Under the pieces are notes generated by a model, which was not told the origin of the DNA, did not search any database, and worked only from the letters and a program-made list of their open reading frames with translations. Both the position numbers and the translations under genes were made by a program. Of a stretch of 64,000 nucleotides of DNA, positions 1-9,764 are shown one piece after another; positions within the stretch are counted from its first letter, which is position 1, and each line of letters opens with the position of its first letter. Source of the DNA: Candidatus Omnitrophota bacterium (GTDB lineage Bacteria; Omnitrophota; Gorgyraeia; Gorgyraeales; Gorgyraeaceae); the NCBI GenBank assembly GCA_030649895.1, contig JAUSEX010000030.1, positions 592-64,591 of the forward strand, given 5' to 3'.

Positions 1-1119
1 ATTGAAAAAAATAATTTCTTTTCCAGCATCCAATACGCTTATATATTTTTTCTTATAACATTCTGCATGAATATGTTTGTCATATATAAAGGTATTTCAG
101 GCGGAATTGAAAAATTATGCAAAATTGCCCTCCCGAGCCTCATTATATTCGCGATAATTCTGACTGTAAGGGTTCTGACGCTAGGAACTCCTGACCCGTT
201 AAAACCAGGCTGGAATATAACAAACGGACTTGGGTTTTTATGGAACCCGGATTTCAGCGCTTTAAAAAGCGCAAAAGTCTGGCTTGCAGCTGCGGGCCAG
301 ATATTTTTTACATTAAGCGTCGGCATAGGCGTAATACTCACCTATGCGAGTTATTTGAAAAAGACAGACGACGTGGTGCTCTCGGGCCTCACATCTGCCA
401 GCGCAAATGAATTCGCAGAAGTAATACTTGGATCATCTATTGTAATACCGGTTGCATTTGCATTTTTCGGGCCTATCGAGATCCAGGCAATCGCAAAAGG
501 AGGCGCGTTTAATTTAGGCTTTGTCACAATGCCTTTAATATTCGAAAAAATAAACCTGGGTGCGTTTTTCGGGTGCATCTGGTTTTTACTCCTGTTTCTC
601 GCGGGAATCACATCCTCCATATCTTTGGCGCAGCCAAGCATAACTTTTCTTGAAGATGAATTTAACATCTCCAAGAAAAAGGCTGTTATTATTTTCGGCA
701 TCGTGGCTTTTATCCTATGCCAGCCCGCCATATTCTTTTTGAAAAACGGCGTTGTGAACGAGCTGGATTTCTGGGGAGGGACGTTCTGCCTGGTATTATT
801 CGCGGCGGTAGAGACCATACTTTTTGGATGGATATTCGGGATTGAAAAAGCCTGGGAGGAAATACATCACGGCGCAGATATGCAAGTGCCTAAAATATAT
901 AAATTTATAATAAGATATATAACGCCTCTATTTTTATTTTTAATACTTGGCTTCTGGCTGTATCAGGAAGGTATTTCTACAATATTAATGAAAAATATCT
1001 CTCAAAGCGACAAGCCTTATATCTTGGGCACAAGGCTTATGCTCCTGGGTATGTTTATCACATTGGCAATGCTCGTAAAGATTGCCTGGCGAAAGAGAAA
1101 AACTAAAATTAAAAAATGA
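1..1119 (+). CDS. Sodium-dependent transporter of the NSS/SNF family. 5'-partial; the reading frame is open to the window start.
   Basis: Multi-TM protein with NSS-like conserved stretches (WLAAAGQIFFTLSVGIGVILTYASY; GxxF TM segments). No stop codon upstream of the first Met in frame 1, so the gene begins before the window. Confidence 0.6.
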   Translation: MEKNNFFSSIQYAYIFFLITFCMNMFVIYKGISGGIEKLCKIALPSLIIFAIILTVRVLTLGTPDPLKPGWNITNGLGFLWNPDFSALKSAKVWLAAAGQIFFTLSVGIGVILTYASYLKKTDDVVLSGLTSASANEFAEVILGSSIVIPVAFAFFGPIEIQAIAKGGAFNLGFVTMPLIFEKINLGAFFGCIWFLLLFLAGITSSISLAQPSITFLEDEFNISKKKAVIIFGIVAFILCQPAIFFLKNGVVNELDFWGGTFCLVLFAAVETILFGWIFGIEKAWEEIHHGADMQVPKIYKFIIRYITPLFLFLILGFWLYQEGISTILMKNISQSDKPYILGTRLMLLGMFITLAMLVKIAWRKRKTKIKK

Positions 1120-1215
1120 ATACCTTTGGCTGGTTATTTCTAATTATATCCTGGGGAATTATCATACCTCTCACCATATTCTACTTCGCAAAAGTCCTGT
1201 CTAAAAAGAAATAAC
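1117..1215 (+). CDS. Small hydrophobic peptide (32 aa), possibly a transporter small subunit. Its ATG overlaps the NSS gene stop in an ATGA arrangement.
   Basis: ORF MNTFGWLFLIISWGIIIPLTIFYFAKVLSKKK. One TM helix with a basic tail, translationally coupled to the transporter. It is below the 60-aa ORF-track cutoff. Confidence 0.35.
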
Positions 1216-1224
1216 CGTTGTCTA

Positions 1225-1410
1225 TTAACTTATAATTATCGCTTCAACAGGGCATTCATCTTTGGCCTGTTTTGCGTTTTCTTCGCCAGCAGCAGGAACT
1301 ACGTTTACTTTTGCAATCACCTTGTCGTCTTTCATTTCAAAAATCTCAGGGCAGGTATTAACGCACAGCCCGCAGCCAACGCACAGATCTTCATCTACTC
1401 TTACTTTCAT
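1225..1410 (-). CDS. Small single-cluster 4Fe-4S ferredoxin
   Basis: CVGCGLCVNTCP motif plus a distal Cys-Pro. 61 aa, acidic. Preceded by the recurrent leader cassette and a GGAGG Shine-Dalgarno. Confidence 0.8.
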   Translation of the reverse strand: MKVRVDEDLCVGCGLCVNTCPEIFEMKDDKVIAKVNVVPAAGEENAKQAKDECPVEAIIIS

Positions 1411-1414
1411 ATTT

Positions 1415-1445
1415 CCTCCAAAATTTACAAAGCAAATTCTATCCC
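1415..1445 (-). promoter_or_regulatory. Recurrent dyad leader cassette, degenerate copy, upstream of the ferredoxin gene
   Basis: Gene-sense sequence is GGGATAGAATTTGCTTTGTAAATTTTGGAGGaaatATG. The layout matches the copies at 10189, 16773, 28266, 52612 and 63367. Confidence 0.5.
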
Positions 1446-1542
1446 AAGCTGCCCTTATTTATAATTCATGCGACGAGGGACCTTTTTGGTTAAATTATCC
1501 AAATATGATATATTCTAGCCTATTCCTTGTCAACTAATTTAT

Positions 1543-1597
1543 TAGGGACAGCGACCATTTTTCTATAAAAGAAAAATGGTCGCTGTCCCTATTTTCT
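1543..1597. terminator. Perfect 14-bp stem hairpin (gggacagcgaccat / atggtcgctgtccc) followed by a T-rich run
   Basis: Inverted repeat read directly from the sequence. It sits between the ATPase gene end and the ferredoxin promoter. Confidence 0.6.
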
Positions 1598-1598
1598 A

Positions 1599-2723
1599 TT
1601 ATTCAGAAGCAATTCTTGTAATAAATTCAGAAAACATCTGGTCGGGTATATAAAAACCGTTAGCCTCAGACCTTTTTACAAGGCCTTTTACCTCCAAACG
1701 GTAAAGAAAATTCTTTATATTAGCTATAGGGAACTTCTTCGCCCGCTTCCCGACTATCATCATCGTGGTAAAATCTCTGATCGTTATCGGCTTTTTCTCT
1801 TCTGCAAGTATCCTCAATAAATCTTTTTCCCTGTCACTGGCCTTTGACAAAAGATATTCAAAATAATCCCTGCCCAGCTCTTTCAATGTTTTGTTTAGAG
1901 CGCTATCCCAGGCCCTCAGGCTTACCTCCCCCTCTATCTGACTATCGTAAAGATGGCTCGCCAAAAGCTGCACTTCATACGGATGGCCTCCGGTATATTC
2001 AAAAATATTTTTCCTTACGCTGTCTTCAAAAACTACGCCCGTGCCTTTCAGGGTCATGTCTATAGTAGCCATCGCTTCTGTCTCTTTTAAATTTTCCGCG
2101 CTTAGCCTTTTCCTGAAAAATCTTCCGACAGGATCATGCTTATCTATAAAAGACGCCCAGCCCGCAGGCGTGGATGAAAGTATAAATAAAAATCTTGTCT
2201 CTTTTATAATATCATCGCTGCTTAAAACAGCCCTTAGGATATCTACGGTATTCGACACCTCCATAAAATTCTGAGCATCATCCAGGAGCACAACCGCTAA
2301 TTTTGTATCAAGCGCCTTCCATAACTCAAGCAAGAACTTTGTAAACTGGACCTGGGCATTTGATAAGGATTTTCTTTTTGCGAAAAGGTCCAGGAGGCCT
2401 TTTCGAGCCGCGTCTACTTCCGGAAAACCCAAGACCATTTCTTCGGCTATCAGGTGGATAGCGTCGAGAGCTTTATTTTTTTCTGTAAATCTGGAAATGC
2501 CGCAAAAAGCGGCTGGAAACCCGTTTTCCTGGCTTATGCGCTTGAACTGTTTCAATAAAGACGTCTTTCCTGCTCCCCATTCCCCCAAAACAACCAGATG
2601 GCTCGGCCTTACGCTGGCCGCATCATCCAGATTTGATTTAAAAATCTCTAATTCCGGATTCCTGCCGCCAAATATTTTCGGCTCCCAGCCGGATTGAGGC
2701 GTAAAAGGATTAGGAGATATCAT
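1599..2723 (-). CDS. AAA+ ATPase of the archaeal-ATPase/DUF234 type with a C-terminal winged-helix-like region
   Basis: Walker A GEWGAGKTS and Walker B VVLLDDAQ. Its start overlaps the end of the nth gene, so it is the last gene of a TauE-nth-ATPase operon. Confidence 0.6.
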   Translation of the reverse strand: MISPNPFTPQSGWEPKIFGGRNPELEIFKSNLDDAASVRPSHLVVLGEWGAGKTSLLKQFKRISQENGFPAAFCGISRFTEKNKALDAIHLIAEEMVLGFPEVDAARKGLLDLFAKRKSLSNAQVQFTKFLLELWKALDTKLAVVLLDDAQNFMEVSNTVDILRAVLSSDDIIKETRFLFILSSTPAGWASFIDKHDPVGRFFRKRLSAENLKETEAMATIDMTLKGTGVVFEDSVRKNIFEYTGGHPYEVQLLASHLYDSQIEGEVSLRAWDSALNKTLKELGRDYFEYLLSKASDREKDLLRILAEEKKPITIRDFTTMMIVGKRAKKFPIANIKNFLYRLEVKGLVKRSEANGFYIPDQMFSEFITRIASE

Positions 2724-3352
2724 ATCTTTCCTTTAAAAGCTGACGGGCACAGCTTATTTATCCCGCATTCAGCGCAAAGCGGTTTCCTGGCATTGCAAAT
2801 CTTTCTTCCATGTAAAATCATAAGGTGCGAGACTATGCCCCAGTCTTCGGCCGGAACCAATTTCATAAGGTCCTCTTCTATCTTACCGGGATCTGTATTT
2901 TTTGTTAAGCCAAGCCGCTGCGACAATCTTCTTACGTGAGTGTCGACCACTACGCCTGCCGTAATCCCGAATCCTGACGATAAAATAACATTCGCTGTCT
3001 TCCTGCCTATGCCCGGAAGACTGATCAGTTCTTCCATTGTCCTTGGCACATTGCCTTTGAATTCATTTAAAATTTTCTTCGCGGAGCCTATGATGCCTTT
3101 CGCCTTATTTTTGTAAAAACCCGTTGAATATATGTCTTTCTCAAATTCTTTAATATCTGCTTTTGCAAAACCGGCTACGCTCTTATATTTTTTAAATAAC
3201 GCGGGCGTTACGCGATTCACCCTCGCATCCGTGCATTGCGCTGAAAGGATAGTGGCCACGAGAAGCTGCCAGGTATTTTTAAACCTAAGCGCTGTTTTCG
3301 CTTCAGGGTATTGGTTTTTTAAAATCCTTATTATTCCTTTGGTATCTTTCAT
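2720..3352 (-). CDS. nth: Endonuclease III (DNA glycosylase/AP lyase)
   Basis: HhH-GPD motif LPGIGRKTANVIL and the C-terminal 4Fe-4S Cys ladder CNARKPLCAECGINKLC. Confidence 0.85.
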   Translation of the reverse strand: MKDTKGIIRILKNQYPEAKTALRFKNTWQLLVATILSAQCTDARVNRVTPALFKKYKSVAGFAKADIKEFEKDIYSTGFYKNKAKGIIGSAKKILNEFKGNVPRTMEELISLPGIGRKTANVILSSGFGITAGVVVDTHVRRLSQRLGLTKNTDPGKIEEDLMKLVPAEDWGIVSHLMILHGRKICNARKPLCAECGINKLCPSAFKGKI

Positions 3353-3708
3353 TTACCCAATAACATATATATAGAAATAAATAGAAGCATAACTGCAAAT
3401 ATTTTTTTAAGCACTGGGCTTGGAATACCCTGCATAAGAGTTGCGCCTATAAAACCTCCCACAATAAACCCGAAAGCTATAAATAAAGCTACCTTTACAT
3501 TTACATCTCCTGACTTGTAATATTTTATAACAGCAAGAACGCCTACGGGCAAAAGCAGCGAGGCGAGGGCTGTGCCCTGGGCCAAATGCTGGGAAAATTT
3601 GAATATATACACAAGCGCCGGGATCAATATTATGGCCCCTCCTATCCCGAAGAACCCAGAGGATATCCCAGACACAAGCCCGATTAATATACTTAATATA
3701 TTGTCCAT
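3349..3708 (-). CDS. TauE/SafE (TSUP) family membrane protein, half-size
   Basis: GxGGxxxxxP motif (GIGGAIILIPALV) and four predicted TM helices. Its stop overlaps the nth start. Confidence 0.5.
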   Translation of the reverse strand: MDNILSILIGLVSGISSGFFGIGGAIILIPALVYIFKFSQHLAQGTALASLLLPVGVLAVIKYYKSGDVNVKVALFIAFGFIVGGFIGATLMQGIPSPVLKKIFAVMLLFISIYMLLGK

Positions 3709-3744
3709 GTTTACTTTGTTTATTGTATATGGTAGATTATAACT

Positions 3745-5193
3745 ATGATTATAAAGAGAGACATTGATATTATCAAGGGATATTTTGAGGACTGCTCAGG
3801 CCTTCTCGGCGGTTATGCAGACAGGGTCATAGTGCCAGAGAATGAAAAAGAAACCAAGGAAATACTACTCGAGGCGTGCGCTAAAAACATCCCTGTTACT
3901 ATATCCGGGGGCGGCACAGGCGTAACAGGCGCGAGAGTCCCTTTCGGAGGATGGGTCGTCGCAACAGAAAGCCTTAATAAAATAATAGATATAAACGAAA
4001 AAAAATTTACCGCCACGCTCCAGCCAGGAGTAAGGCTTTCTGACCTGGATGCCCATCTTTCAAAGAAAGGCCTTACGTATTTACCTGACCCCACGGAGCC
4101 GAACGCGTTTCTGGGAGGGACTATATCCACGAACGCCTCAGGCGCAAAAGGCTTCAAATACGGCCCTACGCGTAACTATATAAAAAGATTAAGGATGCTC
4201 CTCTCTACAGGAGATATTATTGATATAAAACGCGGGGACTGCTTTTTAAAGAAAGGTAAAATTTTTGCGCTCAAATTAAAAGATAAAGAAATAAAAATCA
4301 GGGTCCCTGATTACGCGATGCCCGGTATAAAAACAGCTGCCGGATATTACATAAAAGATGACATGGACCTAGTAGATCTGTTTATAGGCCACGAAGGGAC
4401 TCTTGGCTTCATACTTGAAGCTGAAATAGCGCTAGGCAGAAGGCCCGAAGAGATAATGAGCTTTTTCAGCTTTTTCGCTTCAGAAAATGACGCTATAAAC
4501 TTTGTAGGCGACGCCAAGAAACTTAGCGCGATGTCTTTGGAATACATGGACAGCCATTCTCTTTCGCTATTAAGGGTAAAATACCCGAATATCCCGCTCT
4601 CAGCAAAAGGTCTTATATATTTTGAACAGGATTACAAAAAAGAATTTGAATCAGAGGCCATAGACTCCTGGTCCAAGCTTCTTGAAAAACATAATGCGCT
4701 CATGGAAGACTCGTATTTCGCAGATTCCGACAAAGAGAGGGTAAAATTAAAAGAATTAAGGCACGCCTTGCCTGATTCCGTAAACGAGATTGTGAAAAAA
4801 AATAAAATGCCTAAGCTTGGCACGGATATCGCTGTGCCTGATAATAGATTCAAAGAGATGCTGGATTTTTATCACGACAAACTAAAATCCTCGAATATAT
4901 ATTACGTCATATTCGGCCATATAGGCGAAAGCCATATGCATGTAAACATGCTGCCTAAAACAGAAGAAGAATTCAGGGAAAGCCGCCTGGTTTATGCGGA
5001 ATTCGTAAAAAAAGCCGTAAGCTTAGGCGGCACTGTTTCAGCGGAACACGGCATAGGAAAATTAAAACACCACTTCTTGGAAATAATGTACGGGAAAGAA
5101 AACATGAAACAGATGGCCCTTCTTAAGAAATCCCTGGACCCATCGTGCGTATTGGGACTTGATAACATATTCCCGAAGGAACTCCTGAAATGA
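3745..5193 (+). CDS. FAD-linked oxidase of the GlcD / D-lactate dehydrogenase family
   Basis: PCMH-type FAD-binding N-terminus (SGGGTGVTGARVP ... LPDP) and a C-terminal FAD-oxidase domain (EHGIGKLK). Confidence 0.75.
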   Translation: MIIKRDIDIIKGYFEDCSGLLGGYADRVIVPENEKETKEILLEACAKNIPVTISGGGTGVTGARVPFGGWVVATESLNKIIDINEKKFTATLQPGVRLSDLDAHLSKKGLTYLPDPTEPNAFLGGTISTNASGAKGFKYGPTRNYIKRLRMLLSTGDIIDIKRGDCFLKKGKIFALKLKDKEIKIRVPDYAMPGIKTAAGYYIKDDMDLVDLFIGHEGTLGFILEAEIALGRRPEEIMSFFSFFASENDAINFVGDAKKLSAMSLEYMDSHSLSLLRVKYPNIPLSAKGLIYFEQDYKKEFESEAIDSWSKLLEKHNALMEDSYFADSDKERVKLKELRHALPDSVNEIVKKNKMPKLGTDIAVPDNRFKEMLDFYHDKLKSSNIYYVIFGHIGESHMHVNMLPKTEEEFRESRLVYAEFVKKAVSLGGTVSAEHGIGKLKHHFLEIMYGKENMKQMALLKKSLDPSCVLGLDNIFPKELLK

Positions 5194-6281
5194 AAATCAT
5201 AATAGCTGTGCCTGATTTTACGCGCGAAGCGCATTTAAAAAATATACTGCCTGGCCTTTTGGCTAAGCTCAATAAAAAAGGAGCGGCTTATAAAAATATA
5301 AAAATACTCATAGGCACAGGCCTTCACAGGCACCCCACAAAAAAAGAAATAAAATATAACCTGGGAAACATACCAACCGCGGTTAATGTGCATTCGCACG
5401 ATTATAAAAACGTATTTTACGCCGCCAGATCAAAAAGAGGGGTACCTGTTTACCTGGACAAGCTGTTGAGGGGGGTTGATTCGATAATAACCATAGGCGT
5501 AGTAGAGCCGCATCTTTACGCAGGTTATAGCGGAGGCGTAAAAGTCCTGTCCATAGGCCTGGCGGGAGAAAAAACAATAAACGCAACGCACCATCCGAGA
5601 TTCTTGGATCATCCCGGCACCGGGATATGCTCCATTAAAGGCAATCCTTTCCAGGCATTCATACAGGAAACAGCTTCTATGCTTCCTGTTGAATATTCTA
5701 TAAACATAGTTAATGATGAAAATGGTAAAATACTAAAAATATTCGAAGGAAAACCAGGCCCGTGTTTCAAAAAAGCTGTCAATTATTCCAGGGTGATCTT
5801 TGAAAAAAATATAAAAAAATACCTGGATGTGATAATATGCGACATACCGCGTTCAAAAGGCGCCAATATATATCAGGCGTCGCGGCCGTTTAATTATATT
5901 GTAAATACCGGTAATCCGGTCGTAAAAAACAGCTCCCTTATACTTGTAAAAGCTACCCTGGAAGAAGGTTTCGGAAAAGGGCTTGGCGAAAAACGCTTTA
6001 TGAAAAAGATGTTGGGAATGAAAAACCCGGATAAGCTGATAGAAGAAATCAAAAAAGGCGGATGCCTGGCAGGAGAACACCGCGCTTACATGGTATCCAA
6101 AGCGCTCAAAAAGGCAAAGCTTGGTTTTATATCGAAAAACGCCGGGCTTTATAAAAATAAAGGTCTTCCGTTTTTATTCTTTGAAGGCCATGGCGAAGCT
6201 AAAAAATATATAAAAGAAAACTACAAAAATCCTGCGACATACCGCTTGAAAAACGCTTTTACAACTATCCTCAACTACTAA
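5190..6281 (+). CDS. LarA-like (DUF2088, lactate-racemase N-terminal domain) protein
   Basis: DFTR ... GTGLHRHPTKKEI matches the LarA N-domain signature (D-x-TR, ATGxHR). Translationally coupled to the FAD oxidase (ATGA overlap). Confidence 0.5.
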   Translation: MKIIIAVPDFTREAHLKNILPGLLAKLNKKGAAYKNIKILIGTGLHRHPTKKEIKYNLGNIPTAVNVHSHDYKNVFYAARSKRGVPVYLDKLLRGVDSIITIGVVEPHLYAGYSGGVKVLSIGLAGEKTINATHHPRFLDHPGTGICSIKGNPFQAFIQETASMLPVEYSINIVNDENGKILKIFEGKPGPCFKKAVNYSRVIFEKNIKKYLDVIICDIPRSKGANIYQASRPFNYIVNTGNPVVKNSSLILVKATLEEGFGKGLGEKRFMKKMLGMKNPDKLIEEIKKGGCLAGEHRAYMVSKALKKAKLGFISKNAGLYKNKGLPFLFFEGHGEAKKYIKENYKNPATYRLKNAFTTILNY

Positions 6282-6967
6282 AAATCCCTGCTTATCCCGG
6301 CGCTAAGCTCTTCCCCGTCAAAAAAATCGCACTCTATATTCAATCTGGTGTCTTTTTTAACCAGATAGTCAAGACCGATAACAGCCCCTAGCATCTTTTC
6401 AGACTTTATGCGTTTCCTGTCGTGCTCGTTTACCCATTTTATATAATCAACTGTTCCGTATCTGGCTCCTGCATAAGGCGTCAGATTGCCTATATCCTTT
6501 GATATCAACGCCGAACCCTGCCAGTCATCTATGATCACCCTGTGGTCATTACTGGTTGGAGACGCCATGGGAGGATGAACGCTTATATGCTGAAAACCTG
6601 CTACGGTTTTTATCCCAAGCTCTTTATTCTCGTAGCCTTTTATCCTGAAACCATATGCTCCCGCGAAGCCGCTGTTAAAATTTAAATTCCCAGGGTCTGA
6701 ATTACGCCAGGCTACATCCCCCATGCCTATTTTCCCGTCAAAACATATCCAGTCAAGCACGCCCATGCTGCATGTCAAAAAATACCTGCTCCCGCTTGTT
6801 GAGCCCTGATTATTATCAAGATTTCTGTCTATAAGAAAATCCCCTTCCATCCCCAATATCCATTGTTTTTGCTTTGGCATATGGGTGCCATAACTTGGCG
6901 CTGCATAAGAAACCCCTGGATACAGCATCCCTAAAACTATTAAAACAAAAAAACCCCTTTTAAGCAT
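6278..6967 (-). CDS. Secreted outer-membrane beta-barrel-like protein
   Basis: N-terminal signal peptide (cleavage near VSYA-AP). Alternating amphipathic beta pattern and a C-terminal aromatic residue (…SRDF). Confidence 0.4.
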   Translation of the reverse strand: MLKRGFFVLIVLGMLYPGVSYAAPSYGTHMPKQKQWILGMEGDFLIDRNLDNNQGSTSGSRYFLTCSMGVLDWICFDGKIGMGDVAWRNSDPGNLNFNSGFAGAYGFRIKGYENKELGIKTVAGFQHISVHPPMASPTSNDHRVIIDDWQGSALISKDIGNLTPYAGARYGTVDYIKWVNEHDRKRIKSEKMLGAVIGLDYLVKKDTRLNIECDFFDGEELSAGISRDF

Positions 6968-6981
6968 AAATTAACTCCCCT

Positions 6982-7782
6982 CTAAAACAATCTCTTCCCT
7001 TTTTCCGCAAGCTCTTTCAAATCAGGCCATAATTTTTTACCTTTCAGCATCACCACTATCAATTTGCGCTTATTATCGTATATTATATAACCGGCAAAGC
7101 ACTGCCCGGCCTTTATTGTATAACCTGTTTTTCCCAGTATAGCATAGGACGTCTCTTTCCACAGGCTTTTATTGTGATTCTTGAGTTTTATTCTCCTGCC
7201 GGTATTAAGCTCGGAAATCTCGGTCCGCTTTGTTTCCAGTATTTCCGCCAATTTTTTATTTTTCATAGCTTCCCTCATTATCAAAGCCAGGTCATAGGCG
7301 GTAATATACTGGTTTTTTGCGGGTAGCCCGTTAGATGTCTTGAAATTCGTATTGCGGCAGCCAAGCTTTCTGGCCATCTCGTTCATCATATTCGTAAATT
7401 CTTTTTCGCTCCCGGCAACGCTTACAGCCAGCGCGACCGTAGCGTCGTTGCCGGAATTCAGCAAAGCAGCTTTCAGCATATCCTCAGTAGTGTAAACCTC
7501 TCCGGTTTTTATATCCACCCTGCTTGGCGGCATCCAGGTGGCAGACTTTGGGACAATAACTTTTTTATCAAGGCTGGACTTCTTCATCACTACAAGAGCT
7601 GTCATTATCTTTGTGGTAGATGCAGGCGCAAGTTTAACATGCGGATTTTTTGAATACAGGACTTTTTTATTCCATGCATTCATAAGCACTGCGGAATACG
7701 CGGTAACGTAAATAACCTCTTTTGCGAAAAGATTTGTAGTGAAAAATATTACGGATACAACTACCAGGATTTTTCGGGACAT
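6982..7782 (-). CDS. D-alanyl-D-alanine carboxypeptidase (serine-type, PBP5-like)
   Basis: SxxK (ASTTKIM), SGN (LNSGND) and KTG (GKTGYT) motifs, with a signal peptide. Confidence 0.8.
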   Translation of the reverse strand: MSRKILVVVSVIFFTTNLFAKEVIYVTAYSAVLMNAWNKKVLYSKNPHVKLAPASTTKIMTALVVMKKSSLDKKVIVPKSATWMPPSRVDIKTGEVYTTEDMLKAALLNSGNDATVALAVSVAGSEKEFTNMMNEMARKLGCRNTNFKTSNGLPAKNQYITAYDLALIMREAMKNKKLAEILETKRTEISELNTGRRIKLKNHNKSLWKETSYAILGKTGYTIKAGQCFAGYIIYDNKRKLIVVMLKGKKLWPDLKELAEKGKRLF

Positions 7783-8055
7783 TTAATCTTGATGTATCTT
7801 GCGGATTTCTTCGTTGACGTCTCCCAGGGCGGATTTTGCGCGTTCAAGCTCAGCGGCAAGCCTGGCTGTTATAAGCAGATGCTTATAAGAAAGCAGACTG
7901 AACCCCAGATTTAAAAGCGCCAATAAAAACAGGTACACATTAACCTTGGTATTAAGCAGAAAATATACAAAGAAAAATATACCAAGCATGATAAGCAGTC
8001 TGTTTACCCTGGTAACTACAGCTATAAAAATTTCTTCGCTTGTGATCTTTGCCAT
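7783..8055 (-). CDS. Small membrane protein of unknown function
   Basis: Two hydrophobic helices and a C-terminal coiled tail. It abuts the carboxypeptidase gene. Confidence 0.3.
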   Translation of the reverse strand: MAKITSEEIFIAVVTRVNRLLIMLGIFFFVYFLLNTKVNVYLFLLALLNLGFSLLSYKHLLITARLAAELERAKSALGDVNEEIRKIHQD

Positions 8056-8099
8056 ACACAGCCTTTTTTATAATATACAGTATACACGAAAAATAAAAC

Positions 8100-9704
8100 T
8101 CAACAAGTGGTAAATTTATTTGTTATAGGCATGCGCCTGTCCTTCCCAAAAGCCGCAGAGGTTATCTTGACGCCCGGAGGCGCCTGGCGCCTTTTATGCT
8201 CGCTGCAATCTATCATATCCAGCACCTTTTTCACTGTATCCTTGCGCCCTAATTTTTTTACTATATCCTCGAATCCTTTATTTTTTTCAATATAAAGGTC
8301 TATCACGCTGTCTAAAAAATCATAAGGCGGCAGCGTATCCTGATCTTTTTGATCCAACCTTAATTCAGCCGTGGGAGCCCTTTTAAAAACGCTCTTGGGT
8401 ATAATATCCTTTCCTTCCCTTTTGTTTACATATCCAGCCAGGTCATAAACAAGCCTTTTAGGCACGTCTTTTATCACGCTGAACCCCCCTGCCATATCTC
8501 CATAAAGAGTGCAGTAGCCTGCGCTGGTCTCGCTTTTATTTCCCGTATTAAGAACCAGATAGCCGAATTTATTAGAGAACGCCATGAGCATATTCCCGCG
8601 TATCCTGGCCTGGATATTTTCCTCCGCTATATCAGGCTCCAGGCCTTTAAAATACGGGCTTAACGCGTCTAAATAGGATTCAAATATACCGTCTATCGGC
8701 GCCTTTCTGAATTCTATGCCTAGATTTTTTGCTATTATTTCCGAGTCTTTCTGCGTCTCTTTCGAAGAATACCTGGATGGCATGCTAAGGCCGAGGACAT
8801 TGTCCATTCCAAGCGCGTCTTTGGCAATGCAAGCCACCAGCGCCGAATCTATCCCTCCGCTCAGGCCTAAAGCTGCTTTGGTGAAATTATTCTTGCGTAA
8901 ATAGTCTTTCACGCCTAATACAAGCGCAGAATAGATCTCTTTATCTCTCGGGATAGGTTTAATTTCCTGCGCGCTTTTCTCCGCCCCCAAATCAAATACC
9001 AGCAGATCTTCTTCGAACGCCTTTCCTTCTACGGCAACCTTTCCGTATTTATTGAACAAAACGCTTCTGCCGTCAAATACCAGCTCATCCTGCCCCCCTA
9101 CAAGGTTACAATATACTACGGGTATCCCGAGTTTTTTCGCTTTATCTCCGATAATTTTCTCGCGGTCTTTGATCTTGTCAATATGGTACGGCGACGCGGA
9201 TATGTTTATCAGAAACTGCGCCCCTTTTACCCTTAGCCCTTCACTCTTCACCCACATGTCTTCGCATATATTTACGCAAAAACGCAAATCTTTTATTTTT
9301 ATTAATTTATTATATCCTCCGGGCTTAAAGTATCTTTTCTCGTCAAAAACACCGTAATTAGGCAGGTGCATCTTGTGATATACGTAAACTATTTTTTTAT
9401 TGTGAATGACCGCGGCGCTATTGTAAATGGATCCGTTTTTCTTATCCACAAATCCTAATACCGCGATAATACCGCATATATCTTTGGTTATTTCTTTCAG
9501 GGATTTTATATTTTCTTTTATGAAATACGGCTTTAAAAGAAGATCTTCCGGAGGATAGCCTGTTATGCTGAGCTCCGGAAATACAATCAGATCCGCACCT
9601 TTTCCGGCTGCTTCTTTTGCGCAGGACAATATCTTCTTTTTATTGCCTTCCAGGTCGCCGACTATGGTATTTATCTGGCCTATTGCTATCCTGACGTTTT
9701 TCAT
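8100..9704 (-). CDS. nadE: Glutamine-dependent NAD+ synthetase
   Basis: N-terminal carbon-nitrogen hydrolase domain (IAIGQIN…FPEL) and a C-terminal NAD-synthase PP-loop (GLSGGIDS). Confidence 0.85.
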   Translation of the reverse strand: MKNVRIAIGQINTIVGDLEGNKKKILSCAKEAAGKGADLIVFPELSITGYPPEDLLLKPYFIKENIKSLKEITKDICGIIAVLGFVDKKNGSIYNSAAVIHNKKIVYVYHKMHLPNYGVFDEKRYFKPGGYNKLIKIKDLRFCVNICEDMWVKSEGLRVKGAQFLINISASPYHIDKIKDREKIIGDKAKKLGIPVVYCNLVGGQDELVFDGRSVLFNKYGKVAVEGKAFEEDLLVFDLGAEKSAQEIKPIPRDKEIYSALVLGVKDYLRKNNFTKAALGLSGGIDSALVACIAKDALGMDNVLGLSMPSRYSSKETQKDSEIIAKNLGIEFRKAPIDGIFESYLDALSPYFKGLEPDIAEENIQARIRGNMLMAFSNKFGYLVLNTGNKSETSAGYCTLYGDMAGGFSVIKDVPKRLVYDLAGYVNKREGKDIIPKSVFKRAPTAELRLDQKDQDTLPPYDFLDSVIDLYIEKNKGFEDIVKKLGRKDTVKKVLDMIDCSEHKRRQAPPGVKITSAAFGKDRRMPITNKFTTC

Positions 9705-9764
9705 ATAGTGCCTCTTATATTAACATACCTCATAAAAATACGCAAATATGCACAACTAACCTGC

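Noticed and set aside
351-818. 155-aa minus-strand ORF inside the NSS transporter gene
   Set aside because: It is antisense to a well-supported membrane-transporter CDS and its composition is low-complexity. It is a typical shadow ORF.
1262-1537. 91-aa plus-strand ORF overlapping the ferredoxin gene
   Set aside because: It is antisense to a clear ferredoxin with a Shine-Dalgarno sequence and the leader cassette. No motif and odd composition.
3813-4157. Antisense ORFs within the FAD-oxidase gene (3813-4157 and 3865-4056)
   Set aside because: Shadow ORFs opposite a strongly supported CDS.
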